Below are positions 17,318-27,686 of a stretch of 49,863 bases of DNA, in pieces. Location: assembly GCF_016462955.1 (NCBI RefSeq), contig NZ_JAEMSD010000005.1, forward strand, positions 1 through 49,863, given 5' to 3'. Positions within the stretch are counted from its first letter, which is position 1, and each line of letters starts with the position of its first letter. The position numbers and the translations under genes are program-made. The notes below the pieces were generated by a model. The model searched no databases and was not told where the DNA came from. It worked only from the letters and a program-made list of their open reading frames with translations. Origin of the DNA: Bradyrhizobium sp. (lineage in GTDB: Bacteria; Pseudomonadota; Alphaproteobacteria; Rhizobiales; Xanthobacteraceae).

Positions 17318-17951
17318 AATTCCAACGGCGAAGATCTTCGAGCCATTGCTGCAACCGGTCCGCTACAAGGGCGTTTATGGCGGACGCGGCTCGGGCAAAT
17401 CGCATTTCTTCGGCGAGCTCCTGGTCGAGACCTGCCAGGCCGAGCGCGGCACGCTCGCGGTCTGTATTCGCGAGGCGCAGCGCACGCTGGCGCAATCGTC
17501 CAAGCGTCTGATAGAAGGCAAGATTGCAAGCCTTCGCCTCGGGCATGGCTTCAAGCTGTTCAGCGACAAGATCGAGACGCCCGGCGACGGGCTCATCATT
17601 TTCCGCGGACTTCAGGATCACACGGCCGACTCGATCAAATCCCTGGAGGGATTTCGCATTGCCTGGATCGACGAGGCGCAATCCTTGAGCGCGCGCAGCC
17701 TCGCGCTGCTGCGGCCGACGATCCGTGCCAAGGACTCCGAGCTGTGGGCGAGCTGGAACGGCCTTCAGCGCAGATTGATGCGTGTCGTCGAGGCAAGGGG
17801 ACGGCGGTTCGGCTGGGACAGCATCGTTTCCGACACAACGGACAACGCAGTATCCGCCAACAACTTCATCCAGGCAGGCTATCGGCTCTTCGAGCCCGAG
17901 ACGCCATGGGCGTGGGCGCATACGCTCTATTGGAGAAAGCGGCTTCGCTGA
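17304..17951 (+). pseudogene. terL: Truncated PBSX-type terminase large subunit (152-aa ATPase part) fused in frame to a GNAT acetyltransferase C-terminus
   Basis: Walker A YGGRGSGKSHF, Walker B AWIDEAQ, ELWASWN; from 17760 GLQRRLMR...SDTTDNAVSANNFIQAGY is GNAT-like; nuclease domain absent. Confidence 0.8.
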
Positions 17952-18034
17952 GCGGGGTTTCCGCCGCACGGAACGTGTCGCATGGAATGGGCAGTACGCG
18001 ATGTAGCGCGACCTCGCATAGTTGGAACGTCCGA

Positions 18035-18069
18035 GGACCCGGCAGCCTGGCGGCTGCGGGGTCCCTTTT
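18035..18069 (+). terminator. Rho-independent terminator
   Basis: ggaccc-g-gcagcc-tggc-ggctgc-g-gggtcc then ctttt. Confidence 0.6.
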
Positions 18070-18179
18070 GCGTACTGAAGCGATGTGGGCGGGGGACTTG
18101 CGAAGACGGAGGCGCCGGGCTTTAAGTTTGCTCTTGCGGGAAATTCGGCGGCCATAAGCCGATGTAAGGAGCGCTATCG

Positions 18180-19448
18180 ATGCCCACCAAACCTCAATTG
18201 CCGGAACGTTCAATGAGAGGGACAGGCGAGCCGGCTGCGCTCGATGGTCTATTGGTCGTCGATTTTACGCGGGTGGTCGCCGGACCGGCCTGTACCCAGA
18301 CGCTTGCCGATTTCGGCGCGCACGTCATCAAGATCGAGAATCCCGACGGCGGCGACGACACGCGCGCCTACGAGCAGGCCGAAATCGGCGGCGAAAGCGC
18401 CGCCTTTCTCAGCCTGAACCGCAACAAGCGTGGCATTGCGCTCGATCTTGCCGTGCCGGAGGCCCGCCAGATCGCGATCGACCTGATCCGCAAGGCGGAT
18501 GTGGTCGTCGAGAATTTCTCGAGCGGGGTCATGAAGAAGTTCGGGCTCGACTATGAGTCGGTCGCGCCGCTCAATCCACGGCTAGTGTATTGCTCGATCT
18601 CCGCCTACGGACGCACTGGACCGTTCGCCTCGCGGCCTGGCTTCGATCCCATCACGCAGGCGGAAAGCGGCTTCATGTCGCTCAACGGATTTGCCGACGG
18701 CCCGGCGGTGCGCACCGGCCCGCCCATCGTGGACATGGCGACCGGGATGTCCGCCTGCAACGCCATTCTGCTTGCGCTGCTGGCACGCGACCGGCTCGGC
18801 CGCGGGCAGCATGTCGAGGTCGCCCTGTTCGACGTCGCGATCGGAATGACCGGTTTCTATGGGATGGCCTACCTCATCAACGGCGAAAACCCCGGTCGCT
18901 TCGGGAATTCGCCGAGCGGGTCACCCACGGTCGGGGTCTATGAGGCCTCTGACGGACCGCTCTACATGGCCTGCGCCAACGACCGGCTCTACCGACGGCT
19001 CGTGGTCGAGGTGCTGAACCGGCCCGATCTCATTACCGATCCGCAGTTTGCGACGCGCAAGGCCCGTTCGGAGAACAAGGAGCTCCTGCGGGCTGCCATT
19101 GCGGATGTTTTCGCGAGCGATACCCTCGAGAACTGGATGGCAAAGATGAAGCTGGCCAATATTCCGGTGGGCTATCTCCGGACAGTCGAAGAGGGCTTCA
19201 ATGCGCCCGAGGCTCGTGAGCGCCATCGCCTGAGCCGGATTCCGCACCCCACGGCTGAATGGGTGCCGAACATCGAGCCGCCGATCTTGATGAGCCTGAC
19301 CGGCGCGATCGATCCCGTTGCGGCCCCGCTGTTGGGCGAGCACACGAAGCAAGTCCTGCAGGATACGCTCGGCTACGACGAACGTCGGATCGCGGAGTTC
19401 GCCGAGAAAGGCGCCTTTGGCGCGGTCAAGCCCCCGACTTCGGCTTGA
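18180..19448 (+). CDS. CaiB/BaiF family III CoA-transferase
   Basis: LDGLLVVDFTRVVAGP, LADFGAHVIKIE, NRNKRGI, ADVVVENF, GFD catalytic Asp. Confidence 0.92.
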   Translation: MPTKPQLPERSMRGTGEPAALDGLLVVDFTRVVAGPACTQTLADFGAHVIKIENPDGGDDTRAYEQAEIGGESAAFLSLNRNKRGIALDLAVPEARQIAIDLIRKADVVVENFSSGVMKKFGLDYESVAPLNPRLVYCSISAYGRTGPFASRPGFDPITQAESGFMSLNGFADGPAVRTGPPIVDMATGMSACNAILLALLARDRLGRGQHVEVALFDVAIGMTGFYGMAYLINGENPGRFGNSPSGSPTVGVYEASDGPLYMACANDRLYRRLVVEVLNRPDLITDPQFATRKARSENKELLRAAIADVFASDTLENWMAKMKLANIPVGYLRTVEEGFNAPEARERHRLSRIPHPTAEWVPNIEPPILMSLTGAIDPVAAPLLGEHTKQVLQDTLGYDERRIAEFAEKGAFGAVKPPTSA

Positions 19449-19512
19449 GAGATCCCTCGGCTTGATTTGGCAAAGGTCCCGCCGCATAAATGTGTGAGAG
19501 CGAGGGACCCGA

Positions 19513-20742
19513 ATGGCGCCTGGCCAGGAGCCAAGCATGATCCAGACCGCCGGCCGACAAGCCGGCGGAGAAGTCTATGCGGCCATGATTGCCAAGGCTG
19601 GGGCGCTCCTGCCGCGACTGAGAGAGCGCGCGGCGCGGACGGAAGAGCTGCGGCACCTTCCGCCGGAAACCGAAAGAGATCTCCACGACACCGGCCTGTT
19701 CCGAATGCTCCAGCCGGCCCGGGTCGGCGGCGCCGAGCTCGACTACGTCGCCCTCGTCGATTGCGCAGAGTTGCTCGGAAAGGCGGATGCGTCGGTCGCC
19801 TGGAATTTCGCCAACCTGGCGAGCCATCACTGGATGCTCGGCATGTTCGAGCAGAAGGCGCAGGATCTGGTCTGGGGCGGTGATCCGGACACGCTGATCG
19901 CATCCTCGTTCATTTTTCCGGCTGGACGGGCCACGCGGGTCGAGGGCGGATACCGGCTGCATGGCAGCTGGCCGTTCTCGTCCGGCGTTGTCTCCTGCGA
20001 ATGGAACATGCTTGCGAGCGTGGTCTATTCCGACGATGAGGCTGATGGCATCGAATATCGAATCTTCCTGCTGCCGAAAAGCGATTACAAGGTGCTGGAC
20101 ACCTGGAATGTCGCCGGATTGCGCGGGACGGGGTCCTGCGACGTGGAGGTCAGGGAGACCTTCGTGGCCAGCCACATGACGGTCGCGGTCGGTGATCTCT
20201 CTGGTGGGCCGACACCGGGAAGCAAGGTCAATCCGAATCCGCTCTATGCGCTGCCGGTGTTCTCACTCTTCCCATACGTCCTTTCCGGTGTCGCGCTCGG
20301 GAATGCTCAAGCGTGTCTCGACGACTATACCGAGGTCGCCCGTCATCGCATTTCGACCTACAACCGTGCCAAGCTGAGCGATTTCCAGAGCACGCAGATC
20401 AAGATTGCGGAGGCCTCGGCCAAGATCGACGCCGCACGCCTGATCATGCGGTCGGCTTGCCTCGAAGCCATGGCAGGCGCGCGGCGGGGTCATATCCCCG
20501 ACATGGCGACCAAAACCCGGTATCGGCGCGATGGATCCTTCTCGGTGAATTTGTGCACGGACGCGGTCTCGATGCTGTTTGCCGCGAGCGGCGCGCGGGG
20601 TCTGTTCACGAGCGGCGTCTTGCAGCGGCAATTCCGCGACGCGCACGCCATCAATTCGCATCTGGCGTTCAACTTCGACGCGGCAGGAACCAATTATGGA
20701 CGTGTAGCCCTGGGCCTGCCGTCCGAGAATCTCACGCTGTGA
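19513..20742 (+). CDS. Two-component flavin-dependent monooxygenase, oxygenase subunit (acyl-CoA dehydrogenase fold, HsaA/C2-like)
   Basis: GLFRMLQP...GG, W.FSSG, DTWNVAGLRGTGS, LQRQFRDAHA. Confidence 0.85.
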   Translation: MAPGQEPSMIQTAGRQAGGEVYAAMIAKAGALLPRLRERAARTEELRHLPPETERDLHDTGLFRMLQPARVGGAELDYVALVDCAELLGKADASVAWNFANLASHHWMLGMFEQKAQDLVWGGDPDTLIASSFIFPAGRATRVEGGYRLHGSWPFSSGVVSCEWNMLASVVYSDDEADGIEYRIFLLPKSDYKVLDTWNVAGLRGTGSCDVEVRETFVASHMTVAVGDLSGGPTPGSKVNPNPLYALPVFSLFPYVLSGVALGNAQACLDDYTEVARHRISTYNRAKLSDFQSTQIKIAEASAKIDAARLIMRSACLEAMAGARRGHIPDMATKTRYRRDGSFSVNLCTDAVSMLFAASGARGLFTSGVLQRQFRDAHAINSHLAFNFDAAGTNYGRVALGLPSENLTL

Positions 20743-20752
20743 GGCCCGGTCG

Positions 20753-21316
20753 ATGAATGATCAGCCGAGGCAGCCCGGCGCTCCCGATCCCGCGAACGAG
20801 CTCGCGAGCGACAGTTCGCAGATCGATCCCCGCGACTTTCGCAATGCGCTCGGCACTTACGCGACGGGCGTGACGATCATCACGGCCGCCGCGCTTGACG
20901 GCAAGCCCTACGGATTGACTTGCAATTCGTTCGCCTCGGTCTCGCTGAATCCGCCGCTGGTTTTGTGGAGCCTCGTCGTCTATTCCTCCAGCCTGACCAT
21001 CTTCCAGAACGCCAGTCATTTTACCGTCAATGTTCTTGGCGCTTCGCAACAAACGCTTGCGAACAAGTTCGCGAAATCATCGGATGACAAGTTCACCGGC
21101 GTCGACTGGGCGCCTGGCCTCGGCGGAGCGCCCGTGCTCGCCGAGAGCGTCGCCAGTTTCCAATGCCGCTCAGCGAATCGCTACTATGGCGGCGACCACG
21201 TCATCTTTCTCGGTGCGGTCGAGGCCTACACCTACACTGCGAAAGAGCCGCTGCTTTTCGCGCGAGGGAAGTTCGGTCGCTTCATAGCCGACGATGAGCG
21301 GAAAAAGTCGCCATGA
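20753..21316 (+). CDS. Flavin reductase subunit
   Basis: FRNALGTYATGVTIIT, SFASVSLNPPLVLW, GGDHVIFLG. Confidence 0.92.
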   Translation: MNDQPRQPGAPDPANELASDSSQIDPRDFRNALGTYATGVTIITAAALDGKPYGLTCNSFASVSLNPPLVLWSLVVYSSSLTIFQNASHFTVNVLGASQQTLANKFAKSSDDKFTGVDWAPGLGGAPVLAESVASFQCRSANRYYGGDHVIFLGAVEAYTYTAKEPLLFARGKFGRFIADDERKKSP

Positions 21317-21322
21317 GGCGCC

Positions 21323-22246
21323 TCAGCTCGCCCCAGACCGGTGCTCTGTCGCTGAAAGCTTGTAGATCTCCAACGCGTCCGCTTCTGCGCCGCGCGCGGC
21401 CTTCGCCAGCCTGAACAGTTGTCCGGCAAGCGAGGCCATCGGGACCGGAGTCGAGGTCGCCTGCGCGACATCGGCGACCGTATCGAGGTCCTTGAGCATC
21501 GTTGCGATGTGGCCGAGCGGGGGGCTGTGAATGCCCTGCGCCATCCTCGGCACGAACAGCTGGAGTGGAATGGAATCCGCAAAGCCTCCGGCGAGCGCTT
21601 CGGGCAACCGGTTGGCGTCGATACCCGCGTTCACGGCCAAGCGCGTTGCTTCCGCGAGAACCGCCATCGCGCAACCGACGATCACCTGATTGCACAACTT
21701 CGTGGTCTGGCCGGCGCCGGTTGGGCCCATGTGGGTGAATCGGCGGGCCATGGACAGCACATAGGGCCGCACCCTCTCGATGTCGCCGGCTTCTCCGCCG
21801 GCCATGATCGCCAGCGTGCCTTCTTCCGCACCTTTCGTGCCCCCGGACACCGGCGCGTCGATCCAGCCCGCCCCATTCGCCTCTTTCAGTCGCGCTGCGA
21901 GATCGCGAGCAGCGTCCGGATGTATGGACGAGAAGTCGACGACGAGCTTGCCTGCGCCGGGCGCCGCCGCCAGGCCTTCGGGCCCGAAAATCACCTCTTC
22001 GACGGCGATAGCGTCCGTCACGCACATGAAGACAATGTCCGAATTCACCAGGACGTCGCGAGGTGTCATCACACGCTTGGCACCGGCGGCGACGAGGGGA
22101 GCCACCTTGCCCTCCGACCGGTTCCAGATAGCGACCTGATAACCTGCCTTGAGCAGGCGTCGGGTCATCGGAGTGCCCATGAGTCCCAGGCCGAGATATC
22201 CAAGCCTCTCGGTGCCTTGCGGGTTTGCCTTGCTCTCATCAGCCAC
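21323..22246 (-). CDS. 3-hydroxyisobutyrate dehydrogenase-family NAD(P) oxidoreductase
   Basis: YLGLGLMG, DAPVSGG, KLCNQ, KDL. Confidence 0.9.
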   Translation of the reverse strand: MADESKANPQGTERLGYLGLGLMGTPMTRRLLKAGYQVAIWNRSEGKVAPLVAAGAKRVMTPRDVLVNSDIVFMCVTDAIAVEEVIFGPEGLAAAPGAGKLVVDFSSIHPDAARDLAARLKEANGAGWIDAPVSGGTKGAEEGTLAIMAGGEAGDIERVRPYVLSMARRFTHMGPTGAGQTTKLCNQVIVGCAMAVLAEATRLAVNAGIDANRLPEALAGGFADSIPLQLFVPRMAQGIHSPPLGHIATMLKDLDTVADVAQATSTPVPMASLAGQLFRLAKAARGAEADALEIYKLSATEHRSGAS

Positions 22247-22411
22247 AGGTTGTCTCCTTCGGTCGCATTCCGACGCCGCATTACTTTACATGGCGCATCG
22301 CGCGGCGAAACCGCCCGGCCTGCATGGCTTGCCTGATTGTTTGAACCATGAAACATTTGACGCGGTCGGGTTGGGGGCGCCTGTCGGGCGCCGGAGCAGC
22401 GGAGTGGCACG

Positions 22412-23395
22412 ATGCGAACCGTTTCGAAGTGGATCCTGGCTTTGGGGGCAGCAGCCGCCGTGAGCGCGGGCGCAAGCCCATCATGGGGGCAGCAGACGAT
22501 CCGCGTCGGCTGGACGATTCCGGCGGAGGAATCCAAGTACTGGATGATGCGCAGGCCAGCTGAATTTCCCAATCTAGGCAAGACCTACAATATCGAATGG
22601 ACCCAATTTCAGGGCACCGCGCCGATGACGCAGGCATTGGCGGCCGGTGCGTTGGACTGTGCGACCCAGGCGCCGCTGTCGCTCTCCAACGGAGTCGTCG
22701 GCGGCAATCTCAAGGCCTATATCGTCGCGCAGCACGTTTTCGAGAAGCCTGGCGGCTTCTCGGTCTACTGGGCCGTCAAGGATGACTCGCCGATCAAGAC
22801 AATTGCCGATCTCAAGGGCAAGACGGTGGGCATCTCGGTGATCGGTGGTGGGACGCAGGGCCCGTTCAACCTGCTCCTGAAGCAGAATGGCGTCGATCCA
22901 GCCAAGGACATCAAGCTGGTAGAGGTCGGTTTCGCCGTCTCCGAGGACGCGCTGCGCCAAGGCCGCGTCGATGCGGTCAACATGAACCAGCCGTTTGCCG
23001 CGCGCGCAGAGGCAAAGGGCGGCACAAGGAAGCTGTTTTCGCTGTCCGAGGCCATGCCGAACATCGTGCACATCCTGGAAGCCTGCCGTGCCGATTTCGT
23101 CGACAAGAACCCGGAACTGGTCAAAGCCTATGTCCGCGACATCACGTCAGGCATGAAGAAAGCGCTGGCCAACCGAGAGGAGACCTTGAAAGTGGTGTCC
23201 GAAGTGCTGAAGGCGCCCGTTCCGGTGCTCGAGACCTATTTGCTCAAGGACAACGATTTCGGCCGCGATCCGGGCGCCGCGCCGAACTTCCCCGCGATCC
23301 AGAAGATGCTGGATATCTATGCAGAGACGGGAATGCTGCCTAAGCTGGATGTCGCACAGTTCAAGCATCCGTCGATCGTCGCGCCGCTGCAATAG
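22412..23395 (+). CDS. ABC transporter substrate-binding protein (NitT/TauT/SsuA type)
   Basis: Signal peptide; [15 protein letters not shown]. Confidence 0.88.
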   Translation: MRTVSKWILALGAAAAVSAGASPSWGQQTIRVGWTIPAEESKYWMMRRPAEFPNLGKTYNIEWTQFQGTAPMTQALAAGALDCATQAPLSLSNGVVGGNLKAYIVAQHVFEKPGGFSVYWAVKDDSPIKTIADLKGKTVGISVIGGGTQGPFNLLLKQNGVDPAKDIKLVEVGFAVSEDALRQGRVDAVNMNQPFAARAEAKGGTRKLFSLSEAMPNIVHILEACRADFVDKNPELVKAYVRDITSGMKKALANREETLKVVSEVLKAPVPVLETYLLKDNDFGRDPGAAPNFPAIQKMLDIYAETGMLPKLDVAQFKHPSIVAPLQ

Positions 23396-23469
23396 AAGCA
23401 GGATGGGTGATCGAACGACAATCGTGGCGTTCCGGGTCCTCCGGGACGCTGCATGAAGAAGATGCACAT

Positions 23470-25164
23470 ATGAAGAAGCTGCGATCACGGGTTACGACAG
23501 ATGGGCTCGACCGGGCCCCGCATCGTGCATTCATGCGTGCCATGGGGCTCGATGACGCTGCGATTGCCAAGCCGATGGTGGGCATCGTCAGCATGAAGGG
23601 CGAGCAGACGCCCTGCAACATGACCCATGACTTTCAGGTGGCTGCAGCCAAAACCGGACTCGAGGAGGCCGGCGGCACGCCGCGGGAGTTTTCGACCATC
23701 TCGGTGTCCGACGGCATCAGCATGAATCATGAGGGGATGAAGTTCTCGCTGTTCTCGCGGGAGTTGATCGCCGACTCGATCGAGGCTGTCGTTCACGGCC
23801 TGGCCTATGATGCGTTGATCGGATACGGCGGATGCGACAAGACCCTTCCCGGCGTGATGATGGGCATGGTTCGCTGCAATGTACCGTCCATTTTCATCTA
23901 TGGCGGCAGCTCGCTTCCGGGTCACGTGGACGGGCGGACGCTCACGGTGCTCGACTCCTACGAGGCTGTCGGCAGCTTCATGACCGGTGAGATCGACGGC
24001 GCGACCCTCGAGCGGATCGAGCGTGCCTGCCTGCCGACGATTGGCGCATGCGCTGGCCAGTTCACCGCGAACACCATGGGAATGGTTTCGGAGGCGATGG
24101 GGCTGACCATTCCCAACGTCTCGATGGTGCCCGGTGTTTATTCCGAGCGCGCCCAGATCTCGCGACGCGCCGGACGTCTCATCATGGAGATGCTGAAGCG
24201 TGGCGGGCCGTTGCCGCGCGACATCGTGACGCGGAAATCCCTGGAGAACGGCGCAGCAATCGTCGCCGCAACGGGCGGCTCGACCAACGCCGCGCTGCAC
24301 CTGCCGGCGATAGCGAACGAAGCCGGGATTGCATTCACCATCGATGATGTGGGCGAAGTCTTTGCCAGGACGCCGCTGATCGGAAATCTACGGCCGGGAG
24401 GCAAATACACGGCCAAGGATGTCTACGACATCGGCGGTGCTGCGGTCATCATTCGCGAGCTGATCCAGAGCGGTCATATCGATGGCCGCTGCATCACGAT
24501 CACAGGCCACACGCTTGCTGAAGAATATGGCGCTGCTAACGGGCCCGACGGAGAGATCGTGTACGCGGCTGGTGCGCCGATCATGCCTGACGGCGGCGTC
24601 GCGGTGTTGAAGGGAAATCTCTGTCCCGATGGTGCGGTGATCAAGGTAGCTGGCCTGAAGAGCCAGTTTTTCGAAGGTGTCGCGCGAGTTTTCGAGGATG
24701 AAGAGGCCTGCGTCGCCGCGGTTCGCGACCGCAGCTACAAGGCGGGTGAGGTCCTCGTGATCCGCAATGAAGGGCCTGTCGGCGGTCCCGGGATGCGCGA
24801 GATGCTCGGCGTCACAGCGCTCATCTACGGTCAGGGCATGGGCGAAAAAGTGGCGCTGATCACCGATGGCCGGTTCTCCGGCGCAACCCGCGGCATGTGC
24901 ATCGGCTACGTGTCGCCCGAGGCTTTTGTGGGCGGTCCCTTGGCGCTCGTTCGCGACGGTGACAGGATCCGGATTGATGCCGCAAACCGCCGGATGGATG
25001 TCCTGCTCGACGAGCAGGAACTCGCCGCTCGGCAACTTAACTGGACGCAACGTCCGCCCCGGCACCGCGCAGGTGCGCTCGCCAAATATGCGCGACTGGT
25101 CGGGCAGGCTCCGGGCGGCGCCGTGACGCATGAAGGCCCGGCGGAATGGCCCTGGTTCGAATGA
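23470..25164 (+). CDS. ilvD: IlvD/Edd-family dihydroxy-acid dehydratase
   Basis: [40 protein letters not shown]. Confidence 0.88.
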   Translation: MKKLRSRVTTDGLDRAPHRAFMRAMGLDDAAIAKPMVGIVSMKGEQTPCNMTHDFQVAAAKTGLEEAGGTPREFSTISVSDGISMNHEGMKFSLFSRELIADSIEAVVHGLAYDALIGYGGCDKTLPGVMMGMVRCNVPSIFIYGGSSLPGHVDGRTLTVLDSYEAVGSFMTGEIDGATLERIERACLPTIGACAGQFTANTMGMVSEAMGLTIPNVSMVPGVYSERAQISRRAGRLIMEMLKRGGPLPRDIVTRKSLENGAAIVAATGGSTNAALHLPAIANEAGIAFTIDDVGEVFARTPLIGNLRPGGKYTAKDVYDIGGAAVIIRELIQSGHIDGRCITITGHTLAEEYGAANGPDGEIVYAAGAPIMPDGGVAVLKGNLCPDGAVIKVAGLKSQFFEGVARVFEDEEACVAAVRDRSYKAGEVLVIRNEGPVGGPGMREMLGVTALIYGQGMGEKVALITDGRFSGATRGMCIGYVSPEAFVGGPLALVRDGDRIRIDAANRRMDVLLDEQELAARQLNWTQRPPRHRAGALAKYARLVGQAPGGAVTHEGPAEWPWFE

Positions 25165-25258
25165 CGCGCCGCACTTGTGCGAAAATAACGGCCTGTCTGG
25201 CAGGCTTCTTGCTAAGCTCATTGCGCTGAATGTTGGTCCGAGCGAGGCGGAAGGCGGG

Positions 25259-26104
25259 ATGATGGCAGTGCCTGCGAGATCGAGCGAATGGGTGAGACCG
25301 GTGGCGCGACAAGAGCCGGCTTCTGCGATCATCGAGATCGACCGCGTCTCTCAGGTCTTCCAGACCTCGGCGCGCAAAGATCATGTGGCGCTTTCGGACA
25401 TCTCCCTGACGATCGAGGAGGGCGCCTTCGTTTCCATCCTTGGCCCGTCCGGTTGCGGCAAGTCGACATTGCTCTACATTGTCGGCGGCTTCGTCAGCCC
25501 GACCAGCGGCGCGGCGAAGATGAAGGGGCGGGCGATCACGGGACCGGGGCCGGATCGCGGACCGGTGTTCCAGGAGTTTGCCCTGTTTCCCTGGAAGACC
25601 GTGCTGGGCAATGTGATGTATGGCCCACGCCAGCAGGGGATACGCACCGCCGAGGCCGAGGCGCAGAGCAGGGCCTTGATCGAGATGGTTGGTCTCAAGG
25701 GCTATGAGAATTTCTACCCCAAGGAGTTGTCGGGCGGCATGAAGCAACGCGTGGCGCTGGCGCGGACGCTTGCTTATCATCCTGAAGTGCTGCTGATGGA
25801 CGAGCCGTTCGGCGCGCTCGATGCGCATACAAGGACGCGCCTGCAGAACGATCTGCTGAACATCTGGGAGCGTGACCGCAAGACCGTGCTGTTCGTTACC
25901 CATTCGGTCGACGAAGCTGTCTTCCTCTCCGACAAGGTCGTCATGATGTCGAAATCGCCTGGTCGAATCCGGCAGGTCATCGACATTGATCTGCCGCGAC
26001 CGCGCCGCCGCAACGAGCTGTTGCTCGACCCCCGCTATCAGAAGTACGTGGTCGATATCGAGCGAATGTTCGACGAGAGCGACGAAGCCGGGCCCGACCT
26101 ATGA
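25259..26104 (+). CDS. ABC transporter ATP-binding protein
   Basis: GPSGCGKST, LSGGMKQR, LLMDEPF, VTH. Confidence 0.93.
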   Translation: MMAVPARSSEWVRPVARQEPASAIIEIDRVSQVFQTSARKDHVALSDISLTIEEGAFVSILGPSGCGKSTLLYIVGGFVSPTSGAAKMKGRAITGPGPDRGPVFQEFALFPWKTVLGNVMYGPRQQGIRTAEAEAQSRALIEMVGLKGYENFYPKELSGGMKQRVALARTLAYHPEVLLMDEPFGALDAHTRTRLQNDLLNIWERDRKTVLFVTHSVDEAVFLSDKVVMMSKSPGRIRQVIDIDLPRPRRRNELLLDPRYQKYVVDIERMFDESDEAGPDL

Positions 26105-26886
26105 TGTCATCGGCTGCCATGGCCAAGCGCGCCGCACCGGTGTTGGCCTGCATCGGATTGCTGGCGGTGTGGCAGGTTGCGTCGCTGGCGCTGAAGAACG
26201 ACAGCTTTCCGACGGCGATCGAGGCGATCAGGGCGGTCCCGAGCATTCTCGGGGACAAAGAATCCCTGATTAACATTTTGGCCTCGCTCCGGCGCATGGC
26301 GATGGGATTTGGTGCGGCCGTGCTTTTCTCGATTCCTCTCGGACTCTTGATGGGACGTAACGCTGCGGTGGCGGCCTTTTTCAATCCGCTCCTGATGGTG
26401 ATCTACCCGGTGCCCAAGGCGGCGTTGATGCCGATCATCATGCTGTGGCTGGGGGTCGGCGATCTCACGAAGACATTGGTGATCTTCCTCGGTGTCAGCC
26501 TGCCCGTGATCTACCACAGCTTCCAAGGCGCCAAGGCGGTCCAGGAGAAGATGCTGTGGTCGGGCGCTGCGATGGGGCTTTCGCCGCTGCAACGCCTGGT
26601 GCGCATCGTGCTGCCGGCGGCGCTCCCGGAGATTCTCACAGGGTGCCGTACTGGATTGGTGCTGGCATTGATCACAATGATCACCAGCGAGATGATTGCG
26701 CGCCAGTCCGGCGCCGGGAACATCCTGTTCAACGCGCTCGACATGGGCCAATACGACACGGTCTTTGCGATGATCATCATCGTGGGCGCGATGGGAATCT
26801 GCCTTGATGCGATTTTCGAGCGTGTGCGGGCAAAACTGGTGCGCTGGTCCGAACCTCAGTTCGACATACCGCTGAGTTTCTCATGA
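26101..26886 (+). CDS. ABC transporter permease
   Basis: Multi-TM; IVLPAALPEILTG loop. Confidence 0.9.
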   Translation: MMSSAAMAKRAAPVLACIGLLAVWQVASLALKNDSFPTAIEAIRAVPSILGDKESLINILASLRRMAMGFGAAVLFSIPLGLLMGRNAAVAAFFNPLLMVIYPVPKAALMPIIMLWLGVGDLTKTLVIFLGVSLPVIYHSFQGAKAVQEKMLWSGAAMGLSPLQRLVRIVLPAALPEILTGCRTGLVLALITMITSEMIARQSGAGNILFNALDMGQYDTVFAMIIIVGAMGICLDAIFERVRAKLVRWSEPQFDIPLSFS

Positions 26887-27650
26887 TGGCACGGTTTCTC
26901 TCCCTCAATGTCGCTCTTGGGATCGCCCCGATCGCACTGGTGATCGCGCTGTGGCAAGGCTTGGTGTCTTTCGGCTTCGCGCCGGCCGTTCTGCTGCCGC
27001 CGCCAGGCTTTGTCTTCGGCCGGCTGCTCCAGCAGCTTGTGACTTCAACATTCCAGCATGAGATCGCGGCGACCCTGATCCGGTTGTTTGCCGGCTTCGC
27101 GATTGCAGTCGTGGTCGGTGTCAGTGTCGGCATCGCCGCTGCCGCCAGTCCAGCGATCAATGCCGTTGTCCGGCCGATCGTGCGGGTCCTGGCGCCTTTG
27201 CCCAAGGTCGCGCTCTATCCGGCGTTGCTGCTGCTGCTCGGATTTGGCCACGGGTCGAAGATCACCCTGGTGACCGCGGACGCGCTTTTTCCCATTCTGC
27301 TCTCGACCTACTATGGTGCATCGACCGTCGAGCAGAAGCTGATCTGGTCGGCTATGGCGGCGGGAACGCCACGCCGTGAAATCCTCTTCAAAGTGGTGCT
27401 GCCGGCGGCGATGCCGTCAATCTTGACCGGGTGCCGGATTGGCCTTGTCATTTCCTGCATCGTGGTGTTTCTGGCCGAGATGATCACGTCGACGGACGGA
27501 CTGGGGCACGTGCTCGTGACGGCGGCCAGAACCTTCCAGGCCGTGGATATGTTCGTGCCGCTAATCACGATCTCGCTGTTGGGGTTGATCCTGAACGCCC
27601 TGCTGAGTGTCCTGCGGTCGTACCTCTTGCGCGGTTTTCCAGAAGCGTGA
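26883..27650 (+). CDS. ABC transporter permease
   Basis: Multi-TM; VVLPAAMPSILTG; ATGA overlap. Confidence 0.9.
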   Translation: MMARFLSLNVALGIAPIALVIALWQGLVSFGFAPAVLLPPPGFVFGRLLQQLVTSTFQHEIAATLIRLFAGFAIAVVVGVSVGIAAAASPAINAVVRPIVRVLAPLPKVALYPALLLLLGFGHGSKITLVTADALFPILLSTYYGASTVEQKLIWSAMAAGTPRREILFKVVLPAAMPSILTGCRIGLVISCIVVFLAEMITSTDGLGHVLVTAARTFQAVDMFVPLITISLLGLILNALLSVLRSYLLRGFPEA

Positions 27651-27686
27651 TCTGAACGAAGAAGAAACAAGACCGGGAGTGACCCC

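Noticed and set aside
9839-17951. Intact prophage or functional GTA
   Set aside because: TerL is truncated and no portal, capsid, tail, integrase or replication genes are visible.
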